A DNA stretch of 64,000 nt, from assembly GCA_965221165.1 (NCBI GenBank), contig CBDCRP010000003.1, positions 704,001 to 768,000 of the forward strand, read 5' to 3'. Within the stretch, counting starts at the first letter, position 1, and every line of letters begins with the position of its first letter. Source of the stretch: a bacterium (lineage in GTDB: Bacteria > UBA8248). Of the stretch, positions 20,085-29,522 are shown piece by piece. A program made the position numbers and the translations under genes. Below the pieces are notes generated by a model. That model saw only the letters and a program-made list of their open reading frames with translations. It did not search any database and was not told the origin of the DNA.

Positions 20085-20942
20085 TCAAACGCCGTTTTTC
20101 GCTTTTTCGAGGGTGGCGACGTTCATCGGGTGCGCATTGCGGCGGCGTTTGTCGAAGCGGACGCCCAAACGCGCGGCCTCGGCGAGACTCAAGCCCGCTT
20201 CTCGCAATTCGTCTCGGCTGAACCCCTTGCCGGGCCTCCATTCTCCGCGCGCATCTCTCACGAGAGCGGAAAATCCATTTTGCGTGGCAAGCATTTCCGA
20301 TGGTTCATTCGGCTGCTCCCGAGGCGGGTCGGCGGCAACCTCGATGAGCGTCGAGAGCCCATCTTCCCCGGACGGTTCGGGCTCATCCGGCAATTCATCC
20401 GAGACCGCTGCCGCCAAGGGTTCCTCATGCGCAGGGGCGAGGTCGCCGGTAATTTCCGGTTCGCTTTCCTGAGGGATATCCGGCCCGGGTGCAGACGCCT
20501 TCACAACGCTTTCAGCCACAGCCGGGACGGCATCCTCATGCTCTTGCGGCGGCTCAGCCTCATCAGGCAAATCACTTGATTCCGGCGCAGACAAAACCTC
20601 GAAGTCGGCCCCATATCCTCGAGGTGGCTCGGGATCGTGAGAAGGCTCAAGTTCATTCGGCGACTCGTCTGCTCCCGACGCCGCCAGCAATTCAAAATCG
20701 GGGCCATAGTCTTTTTCCTGCATATCCATCCCGCTCCTCGAATCGGAGCGCGTTTGTTCACCGGAAGCCAATAAATCGAAGTCAGCGCCATATCCGCTTT
20801 CCTCCGCCCCAAGTGCGGAATCCGGGGATTTTCGCTTGACGGCAAAAGGCGGCGGGATTTCATACCCCTCTTCCCCCGGCCCGGGGGGTGCGGAGCGCTT
20901 GGAGCCGGCGATGCGGTTTAAGAGTTTCTTTCTGATTTGCAT
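20085..20942 (-). CDS. Acidic low-complexity protein with C-terminal ribosomal protein eL13 (L13e)-like domain
   Basis: C-terminus RPGKGFSRDELREAGLSLAEAARLGVRFDKRRRNAHPMNVATL. GAGGGGG RBS and upstream TTGACA-N18-TAGTTT (21067-21038). Confidence 0.75.
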   Translation of the reverse strand: MQIRKKLLNRIAGSKRSAPPGPGEEGYEIPPPFAVKRKSPDSALGAEESGYGADFDLLASGEQTRSDSRSGMDMQEKDYGPDFELLAASGADESPNELEPSHDPEPPRGYGADFEVLSAPESSDLPDEAEPPQEHEDAVPAVAESVVKASAPGPDIPQESEPEITGDLAPAHEEPLAAAVSDELPDEPEPSGEDGLSTLIEVAADPPREQPNEPSEMLATQNGFSALVRDARGEWRPGKGFSRDELREAGLSLAEAARLGVRFDKRRRNAHPMNVATLEKAKNGV

Positions 20943-21195
20943 GCCCCCTCTTTCAACTCAGAAATTCATTGCGTGGATAATCTCTCGTCGAGGTATTACA
21001 GGGGGGGCGGTAACAAAACTGGATAGGCTACGGGTTAAAACTAACGATTCCAGAGGCTCGCTGTCAAGGCGCTCGCTCCCGAGCGCGCGCATGCGCCGGG
21101 GATGATCATCGGCGCGGGACGTCCACGAGGACGGGCGAATGCGCCCTCCTCCGTCAGTCCGCTTTTATCCGCCCCCCCTTGGCGCCGGTTGTATT

Positions 21196-21513
21196 CTATC
21201 CATCCCCCTGATGGATGGTTCTCAGGTCTCGCTCGAGATCTTCAAGGTCGTATTGGGCCGGCGCTTTTCTCGCGCGGGCATAATCCGTCATCTCCCACAA
21301 GGACACCCCGGCATCGCGAGCGGCCCGCGCGAGCGTGAGCTTTCCATCCCCGTACAGCCGGACGTAGTGCTCCAGCTTCCATTGCCGGATCGCGCTCGAG
21401 AGCAGCCGGCGCACGGTGGTTGAACGATCGGACTGCTCCACATCCTCGATGAGTTCCAATTCGCGGACCAACTCCAGGGGGAGTCTGGCGCCCACCATCC
21501 GTTCTTTCTTCAT
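21196..21513 (-). CDS. UPF0175-family antitoxin (RHH plus HTH)
   Basis: VGARLP...DRSTTVRRLL, LYGDGKLTLARAARDAGVSLWEM. ATGA overlap with the PIN gene. Confidence 0.8.
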   Translation of the reverse strand: MKKERMVGARLPLELVRELELIEDVEQSDRSTTVRRLLSSAIRQWKLEHYVRLYGDGKLTLARAARDAGVSLWEMTDYARARKAPAQYDLEDLERDLRTIHQGDG

Positions 21514-22025
21514 CTCTTCGCCTCCCGTGCGAGTCTCAATACTTCCACCACGACGGCCGGGGAGAGCCATAATATCCGAGTGATATCCCGAATCGTGGCC
21601 TCGAATTCTCCCAAGTCAAGGTATCCTCGCAAGTACGCTTCCAACAATGCGCCGACGGCGCCCAAGTGTTCTACCCCGACCGCCGCGGCCACGCTTCGGG
21701 CTTCCTTGTCATCAGCGATCAGTCGCAGGCCCCGCAGGTCCGCGAGCGCGATGGACTCGGCCTCCCCCCGGTCCAGCCGGGAGCGCCCCATCAGCCGTTG
21801 CATCAGGTCTTGCTCCTCGGCGGTCAAGCGCACCGTCCGCAGCCAGCCGTCTTCCATAGCGGTCTCAAGTTGTTCCACGCCCAGGGCGCGAACAACCCTG
21901 CCGGTATCGATTGTCTCCTCCTTCACGACAGCCCCTATCAGCACCTCGCCGTAGAGTTCGTTCAAGAGTCCCAGACGCCCGAGCTTGGCGAGGACAATCA
22001 ACGAAGAGGCGTCGGCTACGATCAT
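21510..22025 (-). CDS. DUF3368-type PIN domain protein (VapC-like toxin)
   Basis: IVADASSLI, LDRGEAESIALA, LIADDKEAR. Confidence 0.85.
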   Translation of the reverse strand: MIVADASSLIVLAKLGRLGLLNELYGEVLIGAVVKEETIDTGRVVRALGVEQLETAMEDGWLRTVRLTAEEQDLMQRLMGRSRLDRGEAESIALADLRGLRLIADDKEARSVAAAVGVEHLGAVGALLEAYLRGYLDLGEFEATIRDITRILWLSPAVVVEVLRLAREAKR

Positions 22026-22062
22026 TCAATCTCCTTCAGAAATCTCACCACTACATTACCTG

Positions 22063-22093
22063 ATGATAACATATTTTACAATTGTTTACAATT
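22063..22093 (-). promoter_or_regulatory. Promoter of the TA operon with overlapping direct-repeat operator
   Basis: Minus strand TTGTAA-N17-TATCAT with TGn extension. TTTACAATT repeated at 22075-22083 and 22085-22093. Confidence 0.6.
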
Positions 22094-22152
22094 CGGGATT
22101 GACATGCTCTCCACCGCTGCTTGGCCACACCGGCTGGTGCACCCCTCCGCCG

Positions 22153-22914
22153 TCAGGCTCCTACCTCTTCCGCCAACTCCTCGGCGGTTTGTGCGATGAG
22201 CGCGATGTCCTGGGGTCTCGAGAGCCTGTGATCCCCATCCTTTACGAGCGTCAGGCGCACGTCGTCGCTTTTGAGGGCGCGCGCCAGGCGTAAACTCGTT
22301 TCCCACGGCACGCTCTCATCGCGCATCCCGTGGATGAGGCGAACGGGGCAAGCGAGCGGGATATCATCGCGCAGGAGCAGATGGTTCGCTCCCTCCTCGA
22401 GCAGTTTCCTGGTGATGGGGTATGGCGCCTCGTATTCCGATTCACGCATGAAGTACCCCTGCGCATCGAGTTCCCGCCGCGTGGCTTCGGCGAGCGCGCT
22501 GCGTATCAAATCCTCGGTGAAGTCGGGGGCCGCCGCCACTCCCACGATGCCCTCCACGCGCCCGGGCCGTGCCAGGGCGGCGAGCAGCATAATCCATCCG
22601 CCCATGCTCGATCCGACGAGCACCTGGGGACCCCGGGCGACGCGGTCCAGTATCGCGACGGCATCCTCCGCCCACTCCCCGATGGTTCCCTCCTCGAATT
22701 TTCCCGAAGATTCCCCGTGGCCGCCGTAATCGAAGCGGACGTAGGCGCGCCCCACCTCTCGGCAATGCGCCTCGAGCGCACTCGCCTTCGTCCCGCTCAT
22801 GTCCGAGTGAAAACCGCCCAGGAACATCAGGCCGGGAGATTTCCCCTCCAGCCGGAACCAGGCGAGCGAAGTCCCGCCCGGTCGAGAGAGGAAACTCGAA
22901 GCGGCGTCAGCCAT
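22153..22914 (-). CDS. Alpha/beta hydrolase (ABHD10-like)
   Basis: GGFHSDMSGTKA, FDYGGHGES, GSSMGGW, AAAPDF, DGDHRLS. Confidence 0.9.
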   Translation of the reverse strand: MADAASSFLSRPGGTSLAWFRLEGKSPGLMFLGGFHSDMSGTKASALEAHCREVGRAYVRFDYGGHGESSGKFEEGTIGEWAEDAVAILDRVARGPQVLVGSSMGGWIMLLAALARPGRVEGIVGVAAAPDFTEDLIRSALAEATRRELDAQGYFMRESEYEAPYPITRKLLEEGANHLLLRDDIPLACPVRLIHGMRDESVPWETSLRLARALKSDDVRLTLVKDGDHRLSRPQDIALIAQTAEELAEEVGA

Positions 22915-22922
22915 TTTTCGTT

Positions 22923-23456
22923 CTAGGATGATTTCTTGAGATGTTCGAGCAAACGAGCGGGGACGCCCCGGACCGCAGCTTCCGCCGCTTCGTCCAGGCA
23001 CCGCCCATCCTCGTCGAATACCTTATGGACGCTCCCGATGGAGGCCTGGCCGGGCAGAACTTCTCCGCCGATATGGGTGAGAATGTGTCTTAAGTGCGAT
23101 AGCGCGTTGTCCGCGCTCGGCCCCATCGCCACACCCAGGATGGCGATGGTCTTGCCCTCGAACGTCGAGGGGTAGCCCAGGTTGTCTATAGCCAGTTTGA
23201 GCGTGCTGCTGATGCTGCCGTGATACTCGGGCGTCGCGATGAGGATTCCCGCCGCCCCCGTCACCAAACCTTTCAGCATCTCGGGGTCTTTCGATTCGCT
23301 CGGCTCTCCGGGCAGGGGCAAATCCAGATCGCCCAGATGCACGCGGGTGATCTCGAAATCACCCTCCCCCAACTCGTCGAGCGCGAGCGCAAGCGCCTTG
23401 TCCGTATTGTTTTGCGGCCTGCGACTACCGCCGAACACGAGAATATAGGGGGGCAT
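22923..23456 (-). CDS. NADPH-dependent FMN reductase (SsuE-like)
   Basis: GSRR, TPEYHGSISSTLKLAID. Confidence 0.88.
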   Translation of the reverse strand: MPPYILVFGGSRRPQNNTDKALALALDELGEGDFEITRVHLGDLDLPLPGEPSESKDPEMLKGLVTGAAGILIATPEYHGSISSTLKLAIDNLGYPSTFEGKTIAILGVAMGPSADNALSHLRHILTHIGGEVLPGQASIGSVHKVFDEDGRCLDEAAEAAVRGVPARLLEHLKKSS

Positions 23457-23470
23457 TTCCGTCTTTTCGA

Positions 23471-24577
23471 TTAAGCAGCGACGCCCGCAGGCTCGGGAAG
23501 TACGATGGGCTCGGTATCCTTGAGAAGCGGCAGAACCTCCCTGCCGAAAATTTCCGCCTCTTCCTTGTGCGGCCATCCGTTCATGATGAAGTGGCGCACG
23601 CCCGCGTCGTAATACTCTCTAATGACGCCGGCGACCATCTCCGGCGTGCCGACGAACATGGTTCCAGCACCCCCACGCACCTTGTTCACCCCCATCCAAA
23701 TCGTATCGGTGAGCCAGAGACTCCCCCGGGAGCCCATCTCGTTGATGCGCATCTGGCCGGTGGATTCGGTGTTGTTCTTCATGTCGGCCCACGTACCCGT
23801 GTTCGAGATGTCGCTCCTGTCAATAAGCGCCTCGGCGGCGCGCACCGCCTCTTCCCTCGTCTCGCGCACGCAGACCAGATGGCGGATGCCGTAACTCAGC
23901 GGGCGCTCGCGGCCATATTCCTGCGACTTCTTCACGCCCTCCTCGATGTCCTTTCCGACGATTTCGGGTTCTGCGGCGTACATCACGTGCACATCCCCGT
24001 GCTCCCAGGCCACCCGCTTTCCCGGGTCCGAGCTGCCCGCCAGGAAGATCGGGGGGTTGGGCTTCGTCACCCTCTCGGGGAAGATGGCCGCATTTTCGAT
24101 TTCAAAGAATTTTCCCTTGTAGTCCAGCGGACCGTCCGAGTCCCACAGCTTGCGCACCACGTCGAGAAACTCCCCCGTGCGCGCATAGCGATCGTCATGC
24201 GGCATGAAATCCCCGTATCTTTTCTGATCGACGGGCGTGCTGCCCGTCACCACGTTCAGCGTACAGCGCCCGCCGGTCAGATAATCAAGGCTGTTCGCCT
24301 GCTGCGCCGCATAGACCGGGCCGGTGATTCCGGGCCTGAAAGCCACCAGAAACTTGATTTTTTTCGTTCGGCTCGATATCGCGCCAGCCGCCGTCCACGC
24401 ATCGATGCAGTGCGTGCCGCACGGCACCAGGATATTGGCGAAACCCGCCTCCTCGGCCGACCTCGTCACCTCGGCAAGATAGTCCAGGGTGGCGGGACGA
24501 TCAGGCGTCTTCTGGTTCACCTGCGTCCCGTCTCCCGCCCTGTGGGAGCAAAGCGCCCAGATATATTCGGTAGACAT
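23471..24577 (-). CDS. LLM-class flavin-dependent monooxygenase (SsuD-like)
   Basis: FLVAFRPG, GRCTLNVVTG, HDDRYARTGEF, VGTPEMVA, PHKEEA. Confidence 0.88.
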   Translation of the reverse strand: MSTEYIWALCSHRAGDGTQVNQKTPDRPATLDYLAEVTRSAEEAGFANILVPCGTHCIDAWTAAGAISSRTKKIKFLVAFRPGITGPVYAAQQANSLDYLTGGRCTLNVVTGSTPVDQKRYGDFMPHDDRYARTGEFLDVVRKLWDSDGPLDYKGKFFEIENAAIFPERVTKPNPPIFLAGSSDPGKRVAWEHGDVHVMYAAEPEIVGKDIEEGVKKSQEYGRERPLSYGIRHLVCVRETREEAVRAAEALIDRSDISNTGTWADMKNNTESTGQMRINEMGSRGSLWLTDTIWMGVNKVRGGAGTMFVGTPEMVAGVIREYYDAGVRHFIMNGWPHKEEAEIFGREVLPLLKDTEPIVLPEPAGVAA

Positions 24578-24860
24578 ATATGACCTCCTGGATGCGTCCC
24601 TGACCGGCGCGACGCACAGGCCGAAAAAGCGTCAACATCTCAACCGGGGTACGTCCACCAAGATAAAGCCATCGCCATCATGAATCAAGCCCATGCGTCG
24701 AGCAGCCCGAAGATGCGCAGCAGCTTGAGGCATCGAGAATGAACGTACCGGAATCAGGCGAATATCCCGATGAATGGATCACGCGGGCGCGATAGCCTGC
24801 ACAAAATCACGGGAACCCCGAAGCGGCCCGGTCGAGCCGAATACCGATCGAAGCGAACTT

Positions 24861-25448
24861 TTATGGCTTTTTATCCAGGACGACCATGTAGAGACGCTCC
24901 CGCTTGCGTTCTACGATGACGTTGCGGCGCTCCATCTCGTGCCCCGACAGCCGCAACCACATCGAATACTCGCCAGGGCCAAGACTCTTCACTTCGAGCG
25001 CCGGATCGGCTTTGCCGTAATACCGGCTGTCGATGAAGACTTCCGCACCCGGCGGGTCCGAGCGGACGACCATGCGCCCGGCTCCGTCTCTCGTGAGCGT
25101 CATCTCGATGGGCATCTTCTTCACGCGCAAATCGACTTCCAGAACCTGGCCGGCAAAACCCGGAAACTCCGCCCGTATCGAATGACGCCCATAGTCCACG
25201 CCCTTCACCTCGACGGGCCTTAGGGAATACGCGGCCCCGCGCGGATTGCCGTTAAAAATAATGGCGGCGCCCTCAGGCTTGCTCGTCACGATGACGTCGC
25301 CCTTGCCCCTCGGGGTTTCGGCGGGTTTCTGCCCCCGCAAACACCCCGCTCCCGACGCCAGAGCGCAAAGTGCGAACAAAACGAGAATTGAACGGATGGA
25401 GCGCTTCAGTGGCCACATTGAAGCCGAGAGTCTTTTATTCATGCTCAT
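24861..25448 (-). CDS. PEGA domain lipoprotein
   Basis: GAGC lipobox and two PEGA-like units (VTSKPEGAAI, VRSDPPGAEVFID). Confidence 0.8.
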   Translation of the reverse strand: MSMNKRLSASMWPLKRSIRSILVLFALCALASGAGCLRGQKPAETPRGKGDVIVTSKPEGAAIIFNGNPRGAAYSLRPVEVKGVDYGRHSIRAEFPGFAGQVLEVDLRVKKMPIEMTLTRDGAGRMVVRSDPPGAEVFIDSRYYGKADPALEVKSLGPGEYSMWLRLSGHEMERRNVIVERKRERLYMVVLDKKP

Positions 25449-25470
25449 CCCCCCCTGTCTTGCTGAGTCC

Positions 25471-25500
25471 TGAGCCTTCCTCAAATGAGCCTTCCTCAAA
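25471..25500. repeat. Perfect 15-bp tandem duplication
   Basis: TGAGCCTTCCTCAAA x2 in a divergent intergenic region. Confidence 0.9.
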
Positions 25501-25631
25501 TTTACCCTGTTTGGCGCATGAGTGAAAGTCGCCGCAACAGAGGAACCCGGAGTACGCTTGCCGATTCACCGCCCATGAGGAATGATGGGATGTATTCCAG
25601 AAAACCTACACCTACGGGAGAACATTTCAAG

Positions 25632-27326
25632 ATGCGAGGCCACCTGAGAGGACTGACGAACTACGGCGATCCGGGCTTCAGCGTTTTCGCAAGAGGCGCT
25701 TACGTGCGGGGCTTCGGCCTGACGAAAGAGGATTTGGAAAAACCCATCGTCGGCATCGCCCAGACCTGGAGCGAACTCAATCCGTGCCATCGCCACTTAA
25801 GGGAAATCGCCGAGGCCGTCAAACGCGGCGTCTGGCAGACGGGAGGACTGCCGCTGGAGTTTCCCACCATCTCTTTGGGGGAAATGTACTTAAACCCCAC
25901 GGCCATGTTCTTCAGGAATCTCCTCTCGATGGACACCGAGGAGATGATAAAGGGCCAGCCCATGGACGGCGTGGTGCTCCTCGGCGGCTGCGACAAGACC
26001 CTGCCTGCGCAGCTCATGGGCGCGGCGAGCGCAGGCATTCCCGCCATCTGCGTGACGGCGGGGCCGATGATCGGCGGACGCTTCGAGGACAAGGTGCTGG
26101 GCGCGTGTTCGGATTGTCGCGGAACGTGGGCCGAATACAGGGCGGGCAATTACGATGATGAGCGGCTCGAGGAGGTTCAGGGTTCGCTCTTCCCCTCCAC
26201 GGGCACCTGCATGGTGATGGGCACGGCCAGCACCATGGCGTCTCTCACCGAGGCGATGGGCATGATGCTCCCGGGCCTTGCGGCGGTTCCGGCGGTGAAC
26301 TCGCAACGCATCCGCCTGGCGGAGCAAAGCGGGCGGCGCATCACCGACCTGATCGAAAAAAACATAACGCCCGATAAGATCATCACACGAAAAGCATTCG
26401 AGAACGCCATTCGCGTGCTCATGGCCGTCGGCGGCTCGACGAACGCCGTCGTTCACCTGCCGGCCATCGCCGGACGCCTGGGTCTGGACCTCCCGCTCTC
26501 CCTATTCGATGAAATTTCCAGAACCACGCCCATGCTCGGCAACATCCGGCCATCGGGGGATAAATACCTGATGGAGGACCTGGCTGCCGCGGGCGGAATC
26601 CCGGTGGTGATGAAAGAACTGGAACCCCTGCTTCACGGGGACTGCCTGACGGTGACGGGAGAGACCGTGACGCAAAACCTCAGACAAGTCCAAAGGGCGC
26701 AGGATTGGCAGGACGTCATCTACACGCGGGAAAACCCAATTTCGGAAGAAGGCGGCCTCGTCATCGTCAAAGGCACGCTTGCGCCCGACGGCGCGGTCAT
26801 CAAGATTTCGGCGGCCACCTCCGATTTGTTGACGCACACGGGCCCGGCGGTCGTCTTCTCATCGCAGCAGGACCTGATCGAACGAATCGACGACCCCGAC
26901 CTCCCCGCGACGGCGGAGAGCGTTTTCGTCCTTCAGAACACCGGGCCCATCGGCGCGCCCGGCTTCCCGGAGGCCGGCTCCCTGCCCCTCCCCAAGAAGC
27001 TGCTCGAAGCGGGCGTGCGCGACGTCGTCCGCGTCTCGGACGCGCGAATGAGCGGAACGGCGTCCGGAACCATCGTGCTGCACGTGGCGCCGGAAGCGGC
27101 CGCGGGAGGCCCCCTCGCCCTGGTTCAAGACGGGGACATGATCACCCTGGACGTTCCCAACCGAAAGCTCGACCTGAACATGCCGGAGGAAGAACTGGAG
27201 CGCCGCCGCGCCGCCTGGGAGCCTGTGCCGCCCCATTACGACAGGGGCTACGGCAGGCTGTTCATCGAAAACGTGCTCCAGGCGCCCGATGGCTGTGATT
27301 TCGGTTTCCTGCAAAAAGTGGAGTAA
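25632..27326 (+). CDS. IlvD/Edd-family dehydratase (sugar-acid dehydratase-like)
   Basis: ELNPCH, GCDKT, GTCMVMGTASTM, GGSTNA, SDARMSGT, HVAPEAA. Confidence 0.92.
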   Translation: MRGHLRGLTNYGDPGFSVFARGAYVRGFGLTKEDLEKPIVGIAQTWSELNPCHRHLREIAEAVKRGVWQTGGLPLEFPTISLGEMYLNPTAMFFRNLLSMDTEEMIKGQPMDGVVLLGGCDKTLPAQLMGAASAGIPAICVTAGPMIGGRFEDKVLGACSDCRGTWAEYRAGNYDDERLEEVQGSLFPSTGTCMVMGTASTMASLTEAMGMMLPGLAAVPAVNSQRIRLAEQSGRRITDLIEKNITPDKIITRKAFENAIRVLMAVGGSTNAVVHLPAIAGRLGLDLPLSLFDEISRTTPMLGNIRPSGDKYLMEDLAAAGGIPVVMKELEPLLHGDCLTVTGETVTQNLRQVQRAQDWQDVIYTRENPISEEGGLVIVKGTLAPDGAVIKISAATSDLLTHTGPAVVFSSQQDLIERIDDPDLPATAESVFVLQNTGPIGAPGFPEAGSLPLPKKLLEAGVRDVVRVSDARMSGTASGTIVLHVAPEAAAGGPLALVQDGDMITLDVPNRKLDLNMPEEELERRRAAWEPVPPHYDRGYGRLFIENVLQAPDGCDFGFLQKVE

Positions 27327-27331
27327 AGCCC

Positions 27332-28378
27332 TTGCGCCGCGTTCGCGTCGTCACACGCTTGCTGCCCTGCATCCGGGCCTTGCGCGGCAGGCCCGTCTCG
27401 CCTGCGACCCAAGAACGCCTGGCCCGCGCGGTGGATGAGGAGAAAATAGAACTCATCATCGAACCCGAAGCCGAAAAGCGCATGGCGGCGATGGAAGAGG
27501 CGGATTTTTTCTTTTGCGAAAACGACCCGCTTCCCGGTGATTTTTATGCGCGCGCGAAAAAACTGAAACTCATCCAGGCGGGCGGCTATTTCTTTGAAAA
27601 ACTACAAATCGAGCGCGCCACGGGGGCGGGAGTGCCCGTGATGACCTTCCCGATGCCGATCACCGATTCGGTGGCGGATCACGTCATCATGCTCCTGCTC
27701 GCGCTGGCGAGAAACTTTGAAGTTGGAGTGCGCGCCGCCCGCGAGGGTTCCGAAAACCCCCCATCTCCCCAAAGGGCCGACGGCAGCGCGTACAACTGGA
27801 CGCAAACGCAAGGCATCGCTCCCCTTCGCGGGGTGCGCCTGGGCGTCCTGGGGATGGGCGACATCGGACGCGGCGTGGCGTTGCGCGCCCGCGCGTTCGG
27901 GATGGAGATTATCTACTGGAACAGAACGCCGCTGCCCGAATCCGTGGACGAGGCGCTGGGCGCGCGCCCCGTGGGGCGGGAGGAGTTGTTCCGAAACGCG
28001 GACGCGCTGCTGGTCGGCGTGGGCTTGAATGAGGAGACGCGCGGCATCGTCGGCGAAGAGGAAATCAGGGCGCTCCCCAAAGGGGCATACATCCTCAACA
28101 TCGGGCGCGGGGCCCTGATCGATCAGGAAGCCATGTATCACGCGCTCGCGGACGGCCACCTCGGCGGAGCGGGGCTGGACGTGTTCGATCCCGAACCGTT
28201 TCCGGCTGAACACCCCCTGCTGCGCCTGCCCAACGTCATCCCCACGCCGCACTGCGCGGGCGGAGACGATGAGAACATCATCACCGAAATCGAGCTTTTC
28301 TTCGCGAACGTCCACCGCGCCCTTGCCGGCGAAGCGCCCTCAGGGGTCGTGAACGGCGTCGCCTGGCGGGGTTTGTAG
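27332..28378 (+). CDS. D-2-hydroxyacid dehydrogenase family
   Basis: LGVLGMGDIG, NIGRGALID, LDVFDPEP, TPHCAG. Confidence 0.88.
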   Translation: MRRVRVVTRLLPCIRALRGRPVSPATQERLARAVDEEKIELIIEPEAEKRMAAMEEADFFFCENDPLPGDFYARAKKLKLIQAGGYFFEKLQIERATGAGVPVMTFPMPITDSVADHVIMLLLALARNFEVGVRAAREGSENPPSPQRADGSAYNWTQTQGIAPLRGVRLGVLGMGDIGRGVALRARAFGMEIIYWNRTPLPESVDEALGARPVGREELFRNADALLVGVGLNEETRGIVGEEEIRALPKGAYILNIGRGALIDQEAMYHALADGHLGGAGLDVFDPEPFPAEHPLLRLPNVIPTPHCAGGDDENIITEIELFFANVHRALAGEAPSGVVNGVAWRGL

Positions 28379-28381
28379 GCG

Positions 28382-29104
28382 ATGTGCGGGCGCTTCACCC
28401 TCACCAAACCCATTCCCTGGCTCGCGGAAATTCTGGGTGTCGGGAACCCCGAAAGCGTGGGCGAGGTTCCGCCGAGATACAACGTCTCACCGGGGACGGA
28501 CGTCCTCATCGTCCGATCCCGGGAGCGGGAGGCGCGCGAGTTGGGCATCACCCGCTGGGGCCTGGTGCCCTTCTGGGCGAAGGACCCCGATTTCGGGGCC
28601 AGAACGATCAACGCGCGCTCTGAAACAGCCGCCCAGAAACCCGCCTTCCGCGCCGCCTTTCGCTACAGGCGATGCCTCATCCCCGCGGATGGATTTTACG
28701 AATGGGCGGGGAGCGGGAGAAAAAAACAGCCCTGGTTCATTCACCTTCAAAACAGAAAACCCTTCGCGTTCGCGGGTCTGTGGGAGAGTTGGAGCGGGGC
28801 GGACGGGAGCGTTCTCGATACCTGCACGATCCTCACGACGGAAGCGAACGAGAAACTTGCCGAACTGCATCACAGAATGCCCGTCATCCTGCCCGAGGAT
28901 TCCTACGCGGAGTGGCTGGACCCGAGCGAGAACCGCGCGAAAGCCGTCCAGGAGCATCTACAGCCATATCCCTCAGACGCCTTTTCGTATTACCCCGTGA
29001 GCGAGCGTGTCAACAGCCCGAGAAACGATGACGCCGCCTGCCTAGAAAGACACGTAGAGCAAGAGAAGCCCCCACGGCTTCAGGGGTCGCTGTTCGGGGA
29101 TTGA
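28382..29104 (+). CDS. SOS response-associated peptidase (SRAP/YedK/HMCES)
   Basis: MCGRF N-terminus, RYNVSP, INARSET, GFYEW, HHRMPVIL. Confidence 0.95.
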   Translation: MCGRFTLTKPIPWLAEILGVGNPESVGEVPPRYNVSPGTDVLIVRSREREARELGITRWGLVPFWAKDPDFGARTINARSETAAQKPAFRAAFRYRRCLIPADGFYEWAGSGRKKQPWFIHLQNRKPFAFAGLWESWSGADGSVLDTCTILTTEANEKLAELHHRMPVILPEDSYAEWLDPSENRAKAVQEHLQPYPSDAFSYYPVSERVNSPRNDDAACLERHVEQEKPPRLQGSLFGD

Positions 29105-29116
29105 GGCTCCGGAACC

Positions 29117-29466
29117 CGTAGTGACACGGTTCCTCCCTCTTCGGTCGGAATCGACTCATCGGGGCTGTCCCACGGGCCCCTGTGCCCGCCCGCAGAACTG
29201 CGGCGCGCGCCGTCAAACCATGCGGGACGCATATATGCGTCCCCTACACCCATCTGTTCGGGTCATCACCCCTAGGGGCGGTTTGAAAGGAATATCCCTG
29301 GATTCGCAAGGCCATTCGCGTGAACGGCCCTACGTTCGTGAAGGGTGGGAAAACAAAAGGGCGGACACGCAGGTCCGCCCCTACGTCCAGATGCCGCAAC
29401 CTCCGTTTCCATCGCGGGGTGCGCGCGGCATGGGAAATCCGGGCGGACACATAGGTCCGCCCCTAC
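29117..29466. repeat. Cluster of GTAG-type REP-like palindromes
   Basis: GGGCGGACAC(G/A)(C/T)AGGTCCGCCCCTAC at 29359-29384 and 29441-29466, GGGACGCATATATGCGTCCCCTAC near 29225-29248, plus degenerate copies. Confidence 0.8.
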
Positions 29467-29522
29467 GGAAGAATATTCATATTACGGGATGCCAGTGTTA
29501 TCAATCTCTTACAAGCTGAATC

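Noticed and set aside
29117-29466. CRISPR array (also considered for the 43.6 and 61 kb clusters)
   Set aside because: The units are heterogeneous palindromes with irregular spacing, and there are no cas genes.
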